From the human T2T-CHM13v2.0 reference genome, Homo sapiens: DNA of 64,000 nt. The DNA lies in the NCBI RefSeq assembly GCF_009914755.1, contig NC_060938.1. One strand, given 5' to 3'. Both the position numbers and the translations under genes were made by a program. This document shows positions 41,201-55,195 of the stretch, piece by piece (position 1 is the stretch's first letter; every line of letters begins with the position of its first letter). Below the pieces are notes generated by a model that searched no databases, was not told the DNA's origin, and saw only the letters and a list, made by a program, of their open reading frames with translations.

Positions 41201-44200
41201 TTCCATTCCATTTCATTCCATTCGGGTTGATTCAATTCCATTCTATTCCATTCTATTCGGGTAGATTCCATTACTTTCCTTTCCATTCGATTCGATTCGA
41301 TTCGATTCCATTCCATTCCATTCCATTCCATTCCTTTCCATTCCATTCCATTCCACTCGGGTTGATCCCATTCATTTCTATTCCATTCCATTCAATTCCA
41401 TTCCATTCCATTCCATTCCAATCAAGTAGTTTCAAATCCATTCTATACCACTCCATTCCATTTCATTCAATTCCATTCAATTCCATTCCATTCCATTCCA
41501 TTCCATTCCATTCCACTCCATTCCACTCATGTTAATGCAATTCATTTCTATTCCATTCCATTACATTACATTACATTCCACTCCATTCCATTCGGTTTGA
41601 TTCCATTCCATTCTATTCAATTACATTCCTTTCCTTTCCATACCATTCTATTCCATTGCATTCCACTTGGGTTTATTCAGTTGCATTCTATGCCATTCCA
41701 TTCCATTCCATTCCATTCCGTTCCATTCCATTCCATTCCGTTCCACTGGGGTTGATTCCATTCAATTCTATTCCATTCCATTCCATTCCAATCGGGTAGT
41801 TTCAATTACGTTCTATACCACTCCATTCCATTTCATTCAATTAATTTCATTCCATTCCATTCTATTCCACTCTGGGTGACTCATTTCCACTATATTCTAT
41901 TCCATTCCATTCATTTCCATTCCTCTCAGGTTGATTGGATTCTGTTGTTTTCCATTCCATTCCATTCCATTCCATTCGACTTGGGTTGATTAAATACCAT
42001 TATATTCCATTCGATTCGATTCCATTCCATTCCATTCCATTCCATTCCATTCCATTTCATTCCATACCATTCCATTCCATTCCATACCATTCCATTCCAT
42101 TCCACTCGGTTTAAATGAATTCCAGTCTATTCCATTCCATTCCATTCCATTCCATTCCACTCGGTTTAAATGAATTCCAGTCTATTCCATTCCATTCCAT
42201 TCCATTCCATGCCATTCCATCCCATTCCACTCGGGTTGATTCAATTCCATTCTAATACATTCCATTCCATTCCATTCCATTCCATTCCGCTCGTGTTCAT
42301 TCAATTCCATTCCATTCCATTCCATTCCATTCCATTCCTTTCCATTCCATTCGGGTTGATTCAATTCCATTCTATACCATTCCATTCCATTCCATTCCAT
42401 TCCATTACGTTTAATTCTGCTCGAGTTTATTCAGTTCCATTCTATTCCATTCCATTCCATTCCATTCAACTCTGGTGGGTTCCATTTCTTTCCTTTCCAT
42501 TTGATTCCATTCCATTCCATTCCATTCCATTCCATTCCATTCTATTCCATTCCATTCCATTCCATTCCATTCTACTCTGGTGGTTTCCATTACTTCCCTT
42601 TCCATTCGATTCGATTCCATTCCATTCGATTCGATTCCATTCCATTCCATTCCATTCCATTCCATTCCGCTCGTGTTCATTCAATTCCATTCTATTCCAT
42701 TCCATTCCATGCCATTCCATTCCATTCCATTCCATTCCATTCCATTCCATTCCATTTCATTCCATTCGGGTTGATTCAATTCCATTCTATGCCATTCCAT
42801 TCCATTCCATTCCATTCCGCTCGGGTTGATTCAATTCCATTCTATTCCATTCCATTCCATTCTATTCGGGTAGATTCCATTACTTTCCTTTCCATTCGAT
42901 TCGATTCCATTCCATTCCATTCCATTCCACTCCATTCCCTTCCTTTCCATTCCATTCCAATGAATTCCACTCGGGTTGATTCATTTCCATTCAATTCCAT
43001 TCCATTCCATTCAGTTCCTTTCCACTCCGGTTGATTCAATTCCATTCTATTCCATTGCATTCCATTCCATTCCAATCCATTCCATTCCACACGCGTTGTT
43101 TTGATTCCGTTCTATCCCATTGCATTCCATTTAACTCCATTGCATTCCATTCCATTCCATTCCATTCCATTCCTTTCCATTCCATTCCACTCGGGTTGAT
43201 CCCATTCATTTCTAATCCATTCCATTCCATTCCATTCCATTCCATTCCATTCCATTCCAATCAAGTAGTTTCAAATCCATTCTATACCACTCCATTCCAT
43301 TTCATTCAATTCCATTCCATTCCATTCCATTCCATTCCATTCTATTCCACTCCGGTTTACTCAATTTCATTATATTCTATTCCATTCCATTCAATTCAAT
43401 TCCATTCCTCTCGGGTGGATTCTATTCCATTCTGTTCCATTCCATTCCATTCCGATCCACTCGGGTTGATTAAATACCATTATATTCCACTCCATTCCAT
43501 TCCATTCCATTCTATTCCATTCCATTCCATTCCGATTCACTCAGGTTGATTAAATACCATTTTATTCCATTAAATTCCATTCCATTCCATTCCATTCCAT
43601 TCCATACCATTCCATTCCATTAAACTCCGTTTAAATGAATTCCAGTCTCTTCCATTCCATTCCATTCCATTCCACTCGGGTTAGTTCCATTTCATTCCAT
43701 TCCATTACCTTCCATTCCATTATATTCCATTCCACTCGGCTTGATTCAATTCCTTTCTATTCCGTTCCATTCAGTTACATTCCATTCCATTGCATTCCAT
43801 ACCTTTGCATACCTTTCGACTCGGTGTTGATTCATATTCATTCCATTCCATTCCCTTCCATTCCATTCCATTCCATTCCACTTGGCTTGATTCAATTCCA
43901 TTCTATTCCATTACATTCCATTCCATTCCACTCCATTCCTTTCCATTCCATTCCACTCAGGTTAATTCAATTCTATTCTATTCCATTCCATTCCATTCCA
44001 TTCCGTTCAATTCCACTCGGTTTGATTCAATTCCATTCTATTCCATTCCATTCTACTCGGGTCGATTCCATAACTTTCCTTTCCATTCGATTCCATTCCA
44101 TTCCCTTCCTTTCCATTCCATTCCATTTAATTCCACTCGGGTTGATTCATTACCATTTAATTCCATTCCATTACATTCCTTTCCACTCGGGTTGATTCAG

Positions 44201-47200
44201 TTCCATTCTATTCCATTCCTCTCCATTCCATTCTATTCCATTACACAGTGGTTGATTCAATTCCATTCTATTCCATTGCATTCCATTTAACTCCATTCCA
44301 TTCCATTCCATTCCATTCCATGCCATTCCATTCCATTCTACTCGGGTTGATTCCATTCCATTCCATTCCATTCCATTCCATTCCATTCCATTCCGCTCGT
44401 GTTCATTCAATTCCATTCTATTCCATTCCATTCCATTCCATTCCTTTCCATTCCATTCCATTCCATTCCATTCGGGTTGATTCAATTCCATTCTATGCCA
44501 TTCCATTCCATTCCTTTCCATTCCTTTCCATTCAATTCCATTGCGTTCCATTCAGCTCAGGTTGAATCAATTCCATTCTATTCCATTCCATTCCATTCCA
44601 TTCTACTCGGGTGGATTCCATTACTTTCATTTCCATTCGATTCCATTCCATTCCATTCCACTCCATTCCCTTCTTTACGTTCCATTCCAATGAAACCCAC
44701 TCGGGTTGATTCCATTCCATTCCATTCCATTCCATTCCATTCCATTCCATTCCATTCCTTTCCACTCGGGTTGATTCAATTCCATTCTATTCCATTCCAT
44801 TCCATTCCATTTCAATCGATTGCATTCCACACGGGTTGATTCAATTCCGTTCTATTCCATTGCATTCCATTTACCTCCATTATATTCCATTCCATTCCAT
44901 TCCATTCCATTCCACTAGGGTTGATTCCATTCATTTCTATTCCATTCCATTCCATTCCATTCCATTCCATTCCATTCCACTCCGGTTGACTCAATTCCAT
45001 TATATTGAATTCCATTCCATTCCATTCCATTCCATTCCATTCCATTCAATTCCTCTCGGGTTGAGTCGATTCCATTCTGTTCCATTCTATTCCATTCCAT
45101 TCCATTCCGATCCACTTGGGTTGATTAAATACCAATATATTCCATTCCATTCCATTCCATTCCATTGCATTCCATTCCATTCCGTTCCATAACATTCCAT
45201 TAAACTCGGTTTAAATGAATTCCAGTCTATTCCATTCCAATCAATTCCATTCCATTCCATTCCACTCGGGTTAGTTGCATTTCATTCCATTCCATTCCAT
45301 TCCATTCCATTTTATTCCATTCCACTCGGGTTGATTCAATTCCATTCTATTCCATTCCATTCAATTCCATTCCATTCCATTCCATTCCATACCATTCCAT
45401 CCCATTCCACTCGGTGTTGATTCAAATCCATGCTATTCCATTCCATTCCATTCCATTACATTCCACTCGAGTTGATTCAATTCCATTCTATTCCCTTTCA
45501 TTCCATTCCACTCCATTCCCTTCCATTCCATTCCACTCAGGTTAATTTAATTCAATTCTATTCCGTTCCATTCCATTCCATTCCTTTACACTCGGGTTGA
45601 TTCAATTCCACTCCCTTGCATTTCACTACGTTCCATTTCATTCCATTCAATTCCATTGATTCCATTCGTGTTGATTCCATTCCATTACATTCCATTACAT
45701 TCCTTTCCTTTCCATTCCCTTCCATTCCATTCCACTGCACTCCATTCCATTCCATTCCGTTAAATTCCATTCCCTTCCATTCCACAAGGGAGTTGATTTA
45801 ATTCCATTCTATTCCATTCTATTCCATTGTATTCCATTCCATTCCATTCCATTCCGTTCTATTCCACTCCATTCCATTCCTTTCCATTCCATTCCATTCC
45901 ATTCCATACCACGTGGGTTGATTCAATTCCATTCTATTCCATTGCATTCCATTGCATTCCATTCCATTCCATTTCATTCCCTTCCATTCCACTCAGGTTG
46001 ATTCAATTCCGTTCTATTCTACTCCATTCCATTCCTTTCAATTCCATTCCACTTGGGTTGATTCAATTCCTTTCTATTCCACTCCATACCATTAAATTCG
46101 ATTCCATTCCATTCCATTCCCCTCCATTCCATTCCATTCCACAGGGGTTGATTCAATTCCTATCTGTTCCATTCCAGTCCTTTCCATTCAATTCCATTCC
46201 ATTCCATTCCATTCCACTCCATTCATTTCCTTTCCATTCCATTCCATTCCATTCCATCCCATCCCATTCTGTTCCACTCGGGGTTGATTCAAATCCATTC
46301 TATTCCATTCCATTCTATTCCATTCCATTCCATTCAACTCGGGTATACTCAATTGCATTCTGTTGTATTCCATTCCATTCCATTCCATTCCATTCCATTC
46401 CATTCCATTCCACTCCATTCTACTCATGTTAATGTAATTCATTTCTATTCCATTCCATTACATTACATTACATTCCACTCCATTCCATTCGGTTTGATTC
46501 CATTCCATTCTATTCAATTACATTCCTTTCCTTTCCATACCATTCCATTCCATTGCATTCCCCTTGGGTTTATTCAGTTGCATACTATTCCATTCCATTC
46601 CATTCCATTCCATTCCATTCCATTCCATTCCATTCCATTCCACTCTGGTTGATTCCATTCAATTCTATTCCATTCCATTCCATTCCAATCGAGCAGTTTC
46701 AATTCCATTCTATACCACTCCATTCCATTCCATTCCATTCCATTCCATTCCATTCCATTCCATTACATTCGGGTTGATTCAATTCCATTCTATACCTTTC
46801 CATTCCATTCCATTCCATTCCATTTTGTTCAATTGCGCTCGAGTTGATTCAATTCCATTCTATTCCATTCCATTACATTCCATTCTACTCTGGTGGGTTC
46901 CATTACATTCCTTTCCATTCGATTCAATTCCCTTCCACTCTATTCCATTCCATTCCATTCCATTCCATTCTACTCTGGTGGGTTCCATTACTTTCCTTTC
47001 CGTTCGATTCCATTCCATTCCATTCCATTCCATTCCACTCCATTCCATTCCATTCCATTCCAATGAATTCCTTTCCTTTCCATTCCATTCCATTTAATTC
47101 CACTCGGGATGATTCATTTCCATTGAATTCCATTCCATTCCATTCCTTTCCCCTCGGGTTGATTCAATTCCATTCTACTCCATTCCATTCCATTCCATTC

Positions 47201-50200
47201 CATTCCATTCCATTCCATTCCATTCCATTCCATTCCATTCCATTCCATTCCATTCCATTCTATTCCATTCCATTACACACGGGTTGATTCAATTCCCTTC
47301 TATTCCATTTCATTCCATTTAACCCCATTCCATTCCATTCCATTCCATCCCATTCCATTGCATTCCGCTCGGATTGATTCAATTCCATTCTAATCCATTC
47401 CATTCCATTCCATTCCATTCCATTCCATTCCATTCCGCTCGTGTTCATTCAATTCCATTCTATTCCATTCCACTCCATTCCACTCGGGTTGATTCCATTC
47501 CACTCCATTCCATTCCATTCCATTCCATTCCATTCCATTCCATTCGATTCCATTCCTTTCCATTCCACACAGGTTAATTCAATTCAATTCTATTGCATTC
47601 GATTCCATTCCATTGCCTTTCATTCTATTCCACTCGGGTTGATTCAATTCCATTCTATTGCATTTCACTACATTGCATTCCATTCCATTCCTTTCCACCC
47701 CATAGCATTCTATTCCACTGCATTCCATTCGGGTTGATTCCATTCCATTCCATTGCATTCCATTCCATTCCATTCCATTCCATTCCATTCCATTCCATTC
47801 CATTCCATCCCTTTGCTTTCCATTCCATTCAATTCCATTCCACTCGGGTTGAATCAATTCCATTGTATTGAATTCCATTCCATTCCATTCCATTCCATTC
47901 CATTCCATTCCATGCCATGCCATTAAATTCCATTGCAATCCACTCGGGTTGATTCAGTTCCATTCTATTCCATTCCATGCCATTCCATTCCATTCCACTC
48001 GGATTGATTCAATTCCATTCTAATCAATTCCATTCCATTCCATTCCATTCCATTCCATTCCGCTCGTGTTCATTCAATTCCATTCTATTCCATTCCATTC
48101 CATGCCATTCCATTCCATTCCATTCCATTCCATTCCATTCCATTCCATTCCATTTCATTCCATTCGGGTTGATTCAATTCCATTCTATGCCATTCCATTC
48201 CATTCCATTCCATTCCGCTCGGGTTGATTCAATTCCATTCTATTCCCTTCCATTCCATTCTATTCGGGTAGATTCCATTACTTTCTTTTCCATTCGATTC
48301 GATTCCATTCCATTCCATTCCATTCCAGTCCATTCCCTTCCTTTCCATTCCATTCCAATGAATTCCACTTGGGTTGATTCATTTCCATTCAATTCCTTTC
48401 CATTCCATTCAGTTCCTTTCCACTCCGGTTGATTCAATTCCATTCTATTCCATTGCATTCCATTCCATTCCAATCCATTTCATTCCACACGTGTTGTTTT
48501 GATTCCGTTCTATCCCATTGCATTCCATTTAACTCCATTGCATTCCATTCCATTCCATTCCATTCCATTCCATTGCATTCCATTCCATTCCTTTCCATTC
48601 CATTCCACTCGGGTTGATCCCATTCATTTCTAATCCATTCCATTCCATTCCATTCCATTCCATTCCATTCCATTCCATTCCATTCCATTCCATTCCAATC
48701 AAGTAGTTTCAAATCCATTCTATACCACTCCATTCCATTTCATTCAATTCCATTCCATTCCATTCCATTCCATTCCATTCTATTCCACTCCGGTTTACTC
48801 AATTTCATTATATTCTATTCCATTCCATTCAATTCAATTCCATTCCTCTCGGGTGGATTCTATTCCATTCTGTTCCATTCCATTCCATTCCGATCCACTC
48901 GGGTTGATTAAATACCATTATATTCCATTCCATTCCATTCCATTCCATTCCATTCCATTCCATTCCATTCCATTCCGATTCACTCAGGTTGATTAAATAC
49001 CATTTTATTCCATTAAATTCCATTCCATTCCATTCCATTCCATACCATTCCATTCCATTAAACTCCGTTTAAATGAATTCCAGTCTCTTCCATTCCATTC
49101 CATTCCATTCCACTCGGGTTAGTTCCATTTCATTCCATTCCATTACCTTCCATTCCATTATATTCCATTCCACTCGGCTTGATTCAATTCCTTTCTATTC
49201 CGTTCCATTCAGTTACATTCCATTCCATTGCATTCCATACCTTTGCATACCTTTCGACTCGGTGTTGATTCATATTCATTCCATTCCATTCCCTTCCATT
49301 CCATTCCATTCCATTCCACTTGGCTTGATTCAATTCCATTCTATTCCATTACATTCCATTCCATTCCACTCCATTCCTTTCCATTCCATTCCACTCAGGT
49401 TAATTCAATTCTATTCTATTCCATTCCATTCCATTCCATTCCGTTCAATTCCACTCGGTTTGATTCAATTCCATTCTATTCCATTCCATTCTACTCGGGT
49501 CGATTCCATAACTTTCCTTTCCATTCGATTCCATTCCATTCCCTTCCTTTCCATTCCATTCCATTTAATTCCACTCGGGTTGATTCATTACCATTTAATT
49601 CCATTCCATTACATTCCTTTCCACTCGGGTTGATTCAGTTCCATTCTATTCCATTCCTCTCCATTCCATTCTATTCCATTACACAGTGGTTGATTCAATT
49701 CCATTCTATTCCATTGCATTCCATTTAACTCCATTCCATTCCATTCCATTCCATGCCATTCCATTCCATTCTACTCGGGTTGATTCCATTCCATTCCATT
49801 CCATTCCATTCCCTTCCATTCCATTCCGCTCGTGTTCATTCAATTCCATTCTATTCCATTCCATTCCATTCCATTCCTTTCCATTCCATTCCATTCCATT
49901 CCATTCGGGTTGATTCAATTCCATTCTATGCCATTCCATTCCATTCCTTTCCATTCCTTTCCATTCAATTCCATTGCGTTCCATTCAGCTCAGGTTGATT
50001 CAATTCCATTCTATTCCATTCCATTCCATTCCATTCTACTCGGGTGGATTCCATTACTTTCATTTCCATTCGATTCCATTCCATTCCATTCCACTCCATT
50101 CCCTTCTTTACGTTCCATTCCAATGAAACCCACTCGGGTTGATTCCATTCCATTCCATTCCATTCCATTCCATTCCATTCCATTCCATTCCATTCCATTC

Positions 50201-53200
50201 CTTTCCACTCGGGTTGATTCAATTCCTTTCTATTCCATTCCATTCCATTCCATTCCAATCGATTCCATTCCACACGGGTTGATTCAATTCCGTTCTATTC
50301 CATTGCATTCCATTTACCTCCATTATATTCCATTCCATTCCATTCGATTCCATTCCACTAGGGTTGATTCCATTCATTTCTATTACATTCCATTCCATTC
50401 CATTCCATTCCATTCCATTCCATTCCACTCCGGTTGACTCAATTCCATTATATTGAATTCCATTCCATTCCATTCCATTCCATTCCATTCCATTCCATTC
50501 AATTCCTCTCGGGTTGAGTCGATTCCATTCTGTTCCATTCTATTCCATTCCATTCCATTCCGATCCACTTGGGTTGATTAAATACCAATATATTCCATTC
50601 CATTCCATTCCATTCCATTGCATTCCATTCCATTCCGTTCCATAACATTCCATTAAACTCGGTTTAAATGAATTCCAGTCTATTCCATTCCAATCAATTC
50701 CATTCCATTCCATTCCACTCGGGTTAGTTGCATTTCATTCCATTCCATTCCATTCCATTCCATTTTATTCCAATCCACTCGGGTTGGTTCAATTCCATTC
50801 TATTCCATTCCATTCAATTCCATTCCATTCCATTCCATTCCATACCATTCCATCCCATTCCACTCGGTGTTGATTCAAATCCATGCTATTCCATTCCATT
50901 CCATTCCATTACATTACATTCCACTCGAGTTGATTCAATTCCATTCTATTCCCTTTCATTCCATTCCACTCCATTCCCTTCCATTCCATTCCACTCAGGT
51001 TAATTTAATTCAATTCTATTCCGTTCCATTCCATTCCATTCCTTTACACTCGGGTTGATTCAATTCCACTCCCTTGCATTTCACTACGTTCCATTTCATT
51101 CCATTCAATTTCATTGATTCCATTCGTGTTGATTCCATTCCATTACATTCCATTACATTCCTTTCCTTTCCATTCCCTTCCATTCCATTCCACTGCACTC
51201 CATTCCATTCCATTCCGTTAAAATCCATTCCCTTCCATTCCACAAGGGAGTTGATTTAATTCCATTCTATTCCATTCTATTCCATTGTATTCCATTCCAT
51301 TCCATTCCATTCCGTTCTATTCCACTCCATTCCATTCCTTTCCATTCCATTCCATTCCATTCCATACCACGTGGGTTGATTCAATTCCATTCTATTCCAT
51401 TGCATTCCATTGCATTCCATTCCATTCCATTTCATTCCCTTCCATTCCACTCAGGTTGATTCAATTCCGTTCTATTCTACTCCATTCCATTCCTTTCAAT
51501 TCCATTCCACTTGGGTTGATTCAATTCCTTTCTATTCCACTCCATTCCATTAAATTCGATTCCATTCCATTCCATTCCCCTCCATTCCATTCCATTCCAC
51601 AGGGGTTGATTCAATTCCTATCTGTTCCATTCCAGTCCTTTCCATTCAATTCCATTCCATTCCATTCCATTCCACTCCATTCATTTCCTTTCCATTCCAT
51701 TCCATTCCATTCCATCCCATCCCATTCTGTTCCACTCGAGGTTGATTCAAATCCATTCTATTCCATTCCATTCCATTCAACTCGGGTATACTCAATTGCA
51801 TTCTGTTGTATTCCATTCCATTCCATTCCATTCCATTCCATTCCACTCCATTCCACTCATGTTAATATAATTCATTTCTATTCCATTCCATTCCATTACA
51901 TTACATTCCACTCCATTCCATTCGGTTTGATTCCATTCCATTCTATTCAATTACATTCCTTTCCTTTCCATACCATTCCATTCCATTGCATTCCCCTTGG
52001 GTTTATTCAGTTGCATTCTATTCCATTCCATTCCATTCCATTCCATTCCATTCCATTCCATTCCATTCCACTCTGGTTGATTCCATTCAATTCTATTCCA
52101 TTCCATTCCATTCCAATCGAGCAGTTTCAATTCCATTCTATACCACTCCATTCCATTCCATTCCATTCCATTCCATTCCATTCCATTCCAGGCCATTCCA
52201 TTCCATTCCACTCGGGTTGATTCAATTCCAGTATAATACATTCCATTCCATTCCGCTCGTGTTCATTCAATTCCATTCTATTCCATTCCATTCCATTCCA
52301 TTCCATTCCATTCCATTCCATTCGGGTTGATTCAATTCCATTCTATACCTTTCCATTCCATTCCATTCCATTCCATTTCGTTCAATTGCGCTCGAGTTGA
52401 TTCAATTCCATTCTATTCCATTCCATTACATTCCATTCTACTCTGGTGGGTTCCATTACATTCCTTTCCATTCGATTCAATTCCCTTCCACTCTATTCCA
52501 TTCCATTCCATTCCATTCCATTCTACTCTGGTGGGTTCCATTACTTTCCTTTCCATTCGATTCCATTCCATTCCATTCCATTCCATTCTATTCCATTCCA
52601 TTACATTACATTTCACTGAATTCCCTTCCTTTCCATTCCATTCCATTTAATTCCACTCGGGATGATTCATTTCCATTGAATTCCATTCCATTGCATTCCT
52701 TTCCCCTCGGGTTGATTCAATTCCATTCTACTCCATTCCATTCCATTCCATTCCATTCCATTCCATTCCATTCCGCTCATGTTCATTCAATTCCATTCTA
52801 TTCCATTCCATTCCATTCCTTTCCTTTCCTTTGCATTCCATTCCATTCGGGTTGATTCAATTCCATTCTATGCCTTTACATTCCATTCCATTTCATTCCT
52901 TTCCATTCAATTCCATTGCGTTCCATTCAGCTCGGGTTGATTCATTTCCATTCTATTCCATTCCATTCCATTCCATTCTACTCGGGTGGATTCCATTACT
53001 TTCATTTCCATTCGATTCCATTCCATTCCATTCCACTCCATTCCCTTCCTTTCGTTCCATTCCAATGAAACCCACTCGGGTTCATTCCATTCCATTCCAT
53101 TCCATTCCATTCCATTCCATTCCATTCCATTCCGTACCTTTCCACTCAGGTTGATTCAATTCCATTCTATTCCATTCCATTCCATTCTACTCGGGTATAC

Positions 53201-55195
53201 TCAATTGCATTCTGTTGTATTCCACTCCATTCCATTCCATTCTACTCCATTTCACTCATGTTAATGCAATTCATTTCTATTCCATTCCATTCCATTACAT
53301 TACATTCCACTCCATTCCATTCGGTTTGATTCCATTCCATTCTATTCAATTACATTCCTTTCCTTTCCATGCCATTCCATTCCATTGCATTCCACTAGGG
53401 TTTATTCAGTTGCATTCTATTCCATTCCATTCCATTCCATTCCATTCCATTCCATTCCATTCCATTCCATTCCATTCCACTCTGGTTGATTCCATTCAAT
53501 TCTATTCCATTCCATTCCATTCCAATCGAGCAGTTTGAATTCCATTCTGTACCACTCCATTCCATTTCATTCAATTCCATTCCATTCCATTCTATTTCAC
53601 TCTGGGTGACTCAATTCCATTATATTCTATTCCATTCCATTCAATTCCATTCCTCTCAGGTTGATTCGATTCTGTTGTTTTCCATTCCATTCCTTTCCAT
53701 TCCATTCCATTCCACCCGGGTTGATTAAATACTATTATATTCCATTCGATTCCATTCCATTCCATTCCATTCCATTCCATTTCATTCCATACCATTCCAT
53801 TCCATTCCATACCATTCCATTCCATTCCACTCGGTTTAAATGAATTCCAGTCTATTCCATTCCATTCCATTCCATTCCATTCCATTCCATTCCAGGCCAT
53901 TCCATTCCATTCCACTCGGGTTGATTCAATTCCATTCTAATACATTCCATTCCATTCCATTCCCTTCCGCTCGTGTTCATTCAATTCCATTCTATTCCAT
54001 TCCATTCCATTCCATTCCATTCCAATCCATTCCATTCCATTCGGGTTGATTCAGTTCCATTCTATACCATTCCATTCCATTCCATTCCATTTCGTTCAAT
54101 TGCGCTCGAGTTGATTCAATTCCATTCTATTCCATACCATTACATTCCATTCTACTCTGGTGGGTTCCATTACTTTCCTTTCCATTCGATTCCATTCGAT
54201 TCCATTCCATTCCATTCCATTCTATTCCATTCCATTCCATTCTACTCTGGTGGGTTCCATTACTTTCCTTTCCATTCGATTCCATTCCATTCCATTCCAT
54301 TCCATTCCATTATATTCCATTCCATTACATTACATTCCATTCCACTGAACTCCCTTCCTTTCCATTCCATTCCATTTAATTCCACTCGGGATGTTTCATT
54401 TCCATTGAATTCCATTCCATTCCATTCCTTTCCCCTCGGGTTGATTCAATTCCCTTCTACTCCATTCCATTCCATTCCATTCCATTCCATTCCGCTCGTG
54501 TTCATTCAATTCCATTCTATTCCATTCCATTCCATTCCTTTCCATTCCATTCCATTCCATTCCGTTCGGGTTGATTCAATTCCATTCTATGCCATTCCAT
54601 TCCATTGCATTCCATTCCTTTCCATTCAATTCCATTGCGTTCCATTCAGCTCTGGTTGATTCAATTCCATTCTATTCCATTCCATTCCATTCCATTCTAC
54701 TCGGGTGGATTCCATTACTTTCATTTCCATTCCATTCCATTCCATTCCATTCCACTCCATTCCCTTCCTTTCGTTCCATTACAATGAAACCCACTCGGGT
54801 TGATTCCATTCCATTCCATTCCATTCCTTTCCATTCCATTCCATTCCATTGCATTCCATTCCGTTCCTTTCCACTCGGGTTGATTCAATTCCATTCTATT
54901 CCATTCCGTTCCATTCCATTCCAATCGATTCCATTCCACTAGGGTTGATTCAATTCCGTTCTATTCCATTGCATTCCATTTACCTCCATTGCATTCCATT
55001 CCATTCCATTCGATTCCATTCCACTAGGGTTGATTCCATTCATTGCTATTCCATTCCATTCCATTCCATTCAATTCCACTGCGGTTGACTCAATTCCATT
55101 ATATTGAATTCCATTCCATTCCATTCCATTCCGTTCAATTCCTCTCGGGTTGAGTTGATTCCATTCTGTTCCATTCCAGTCCATTCCATTCCATT
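37911..55195 (+). repeat. 17.3-kb higher-order repeat, copy 2 (17,285 bp)
   Basis: Colinear with copy 1. The offset falls stepwise from 17,370 to 17,285, in multiples of 5. Confidence 0.95.
47181..47260 (+). repeat. Perfect (CATTC)16 tract, the longest pure run I noticed
   Basis: Counted directly: 16 uninterrupted CATTC pentamers. Confidence 0.8.

Noticed and set aside
51285-52220. Longest ORF (311 aa) and all other + strand (HSIPF)n ORFs
   Set aside because: CATTC repeats contain no stop codon in any frame and translate to a 5-aa repeat. The equivalent ORF in copy 1 (33990..34790) is 266 aa because of one pentamer difference, so the frame is not conserved. Many starts are non-ATG and there is no recognisable domain.
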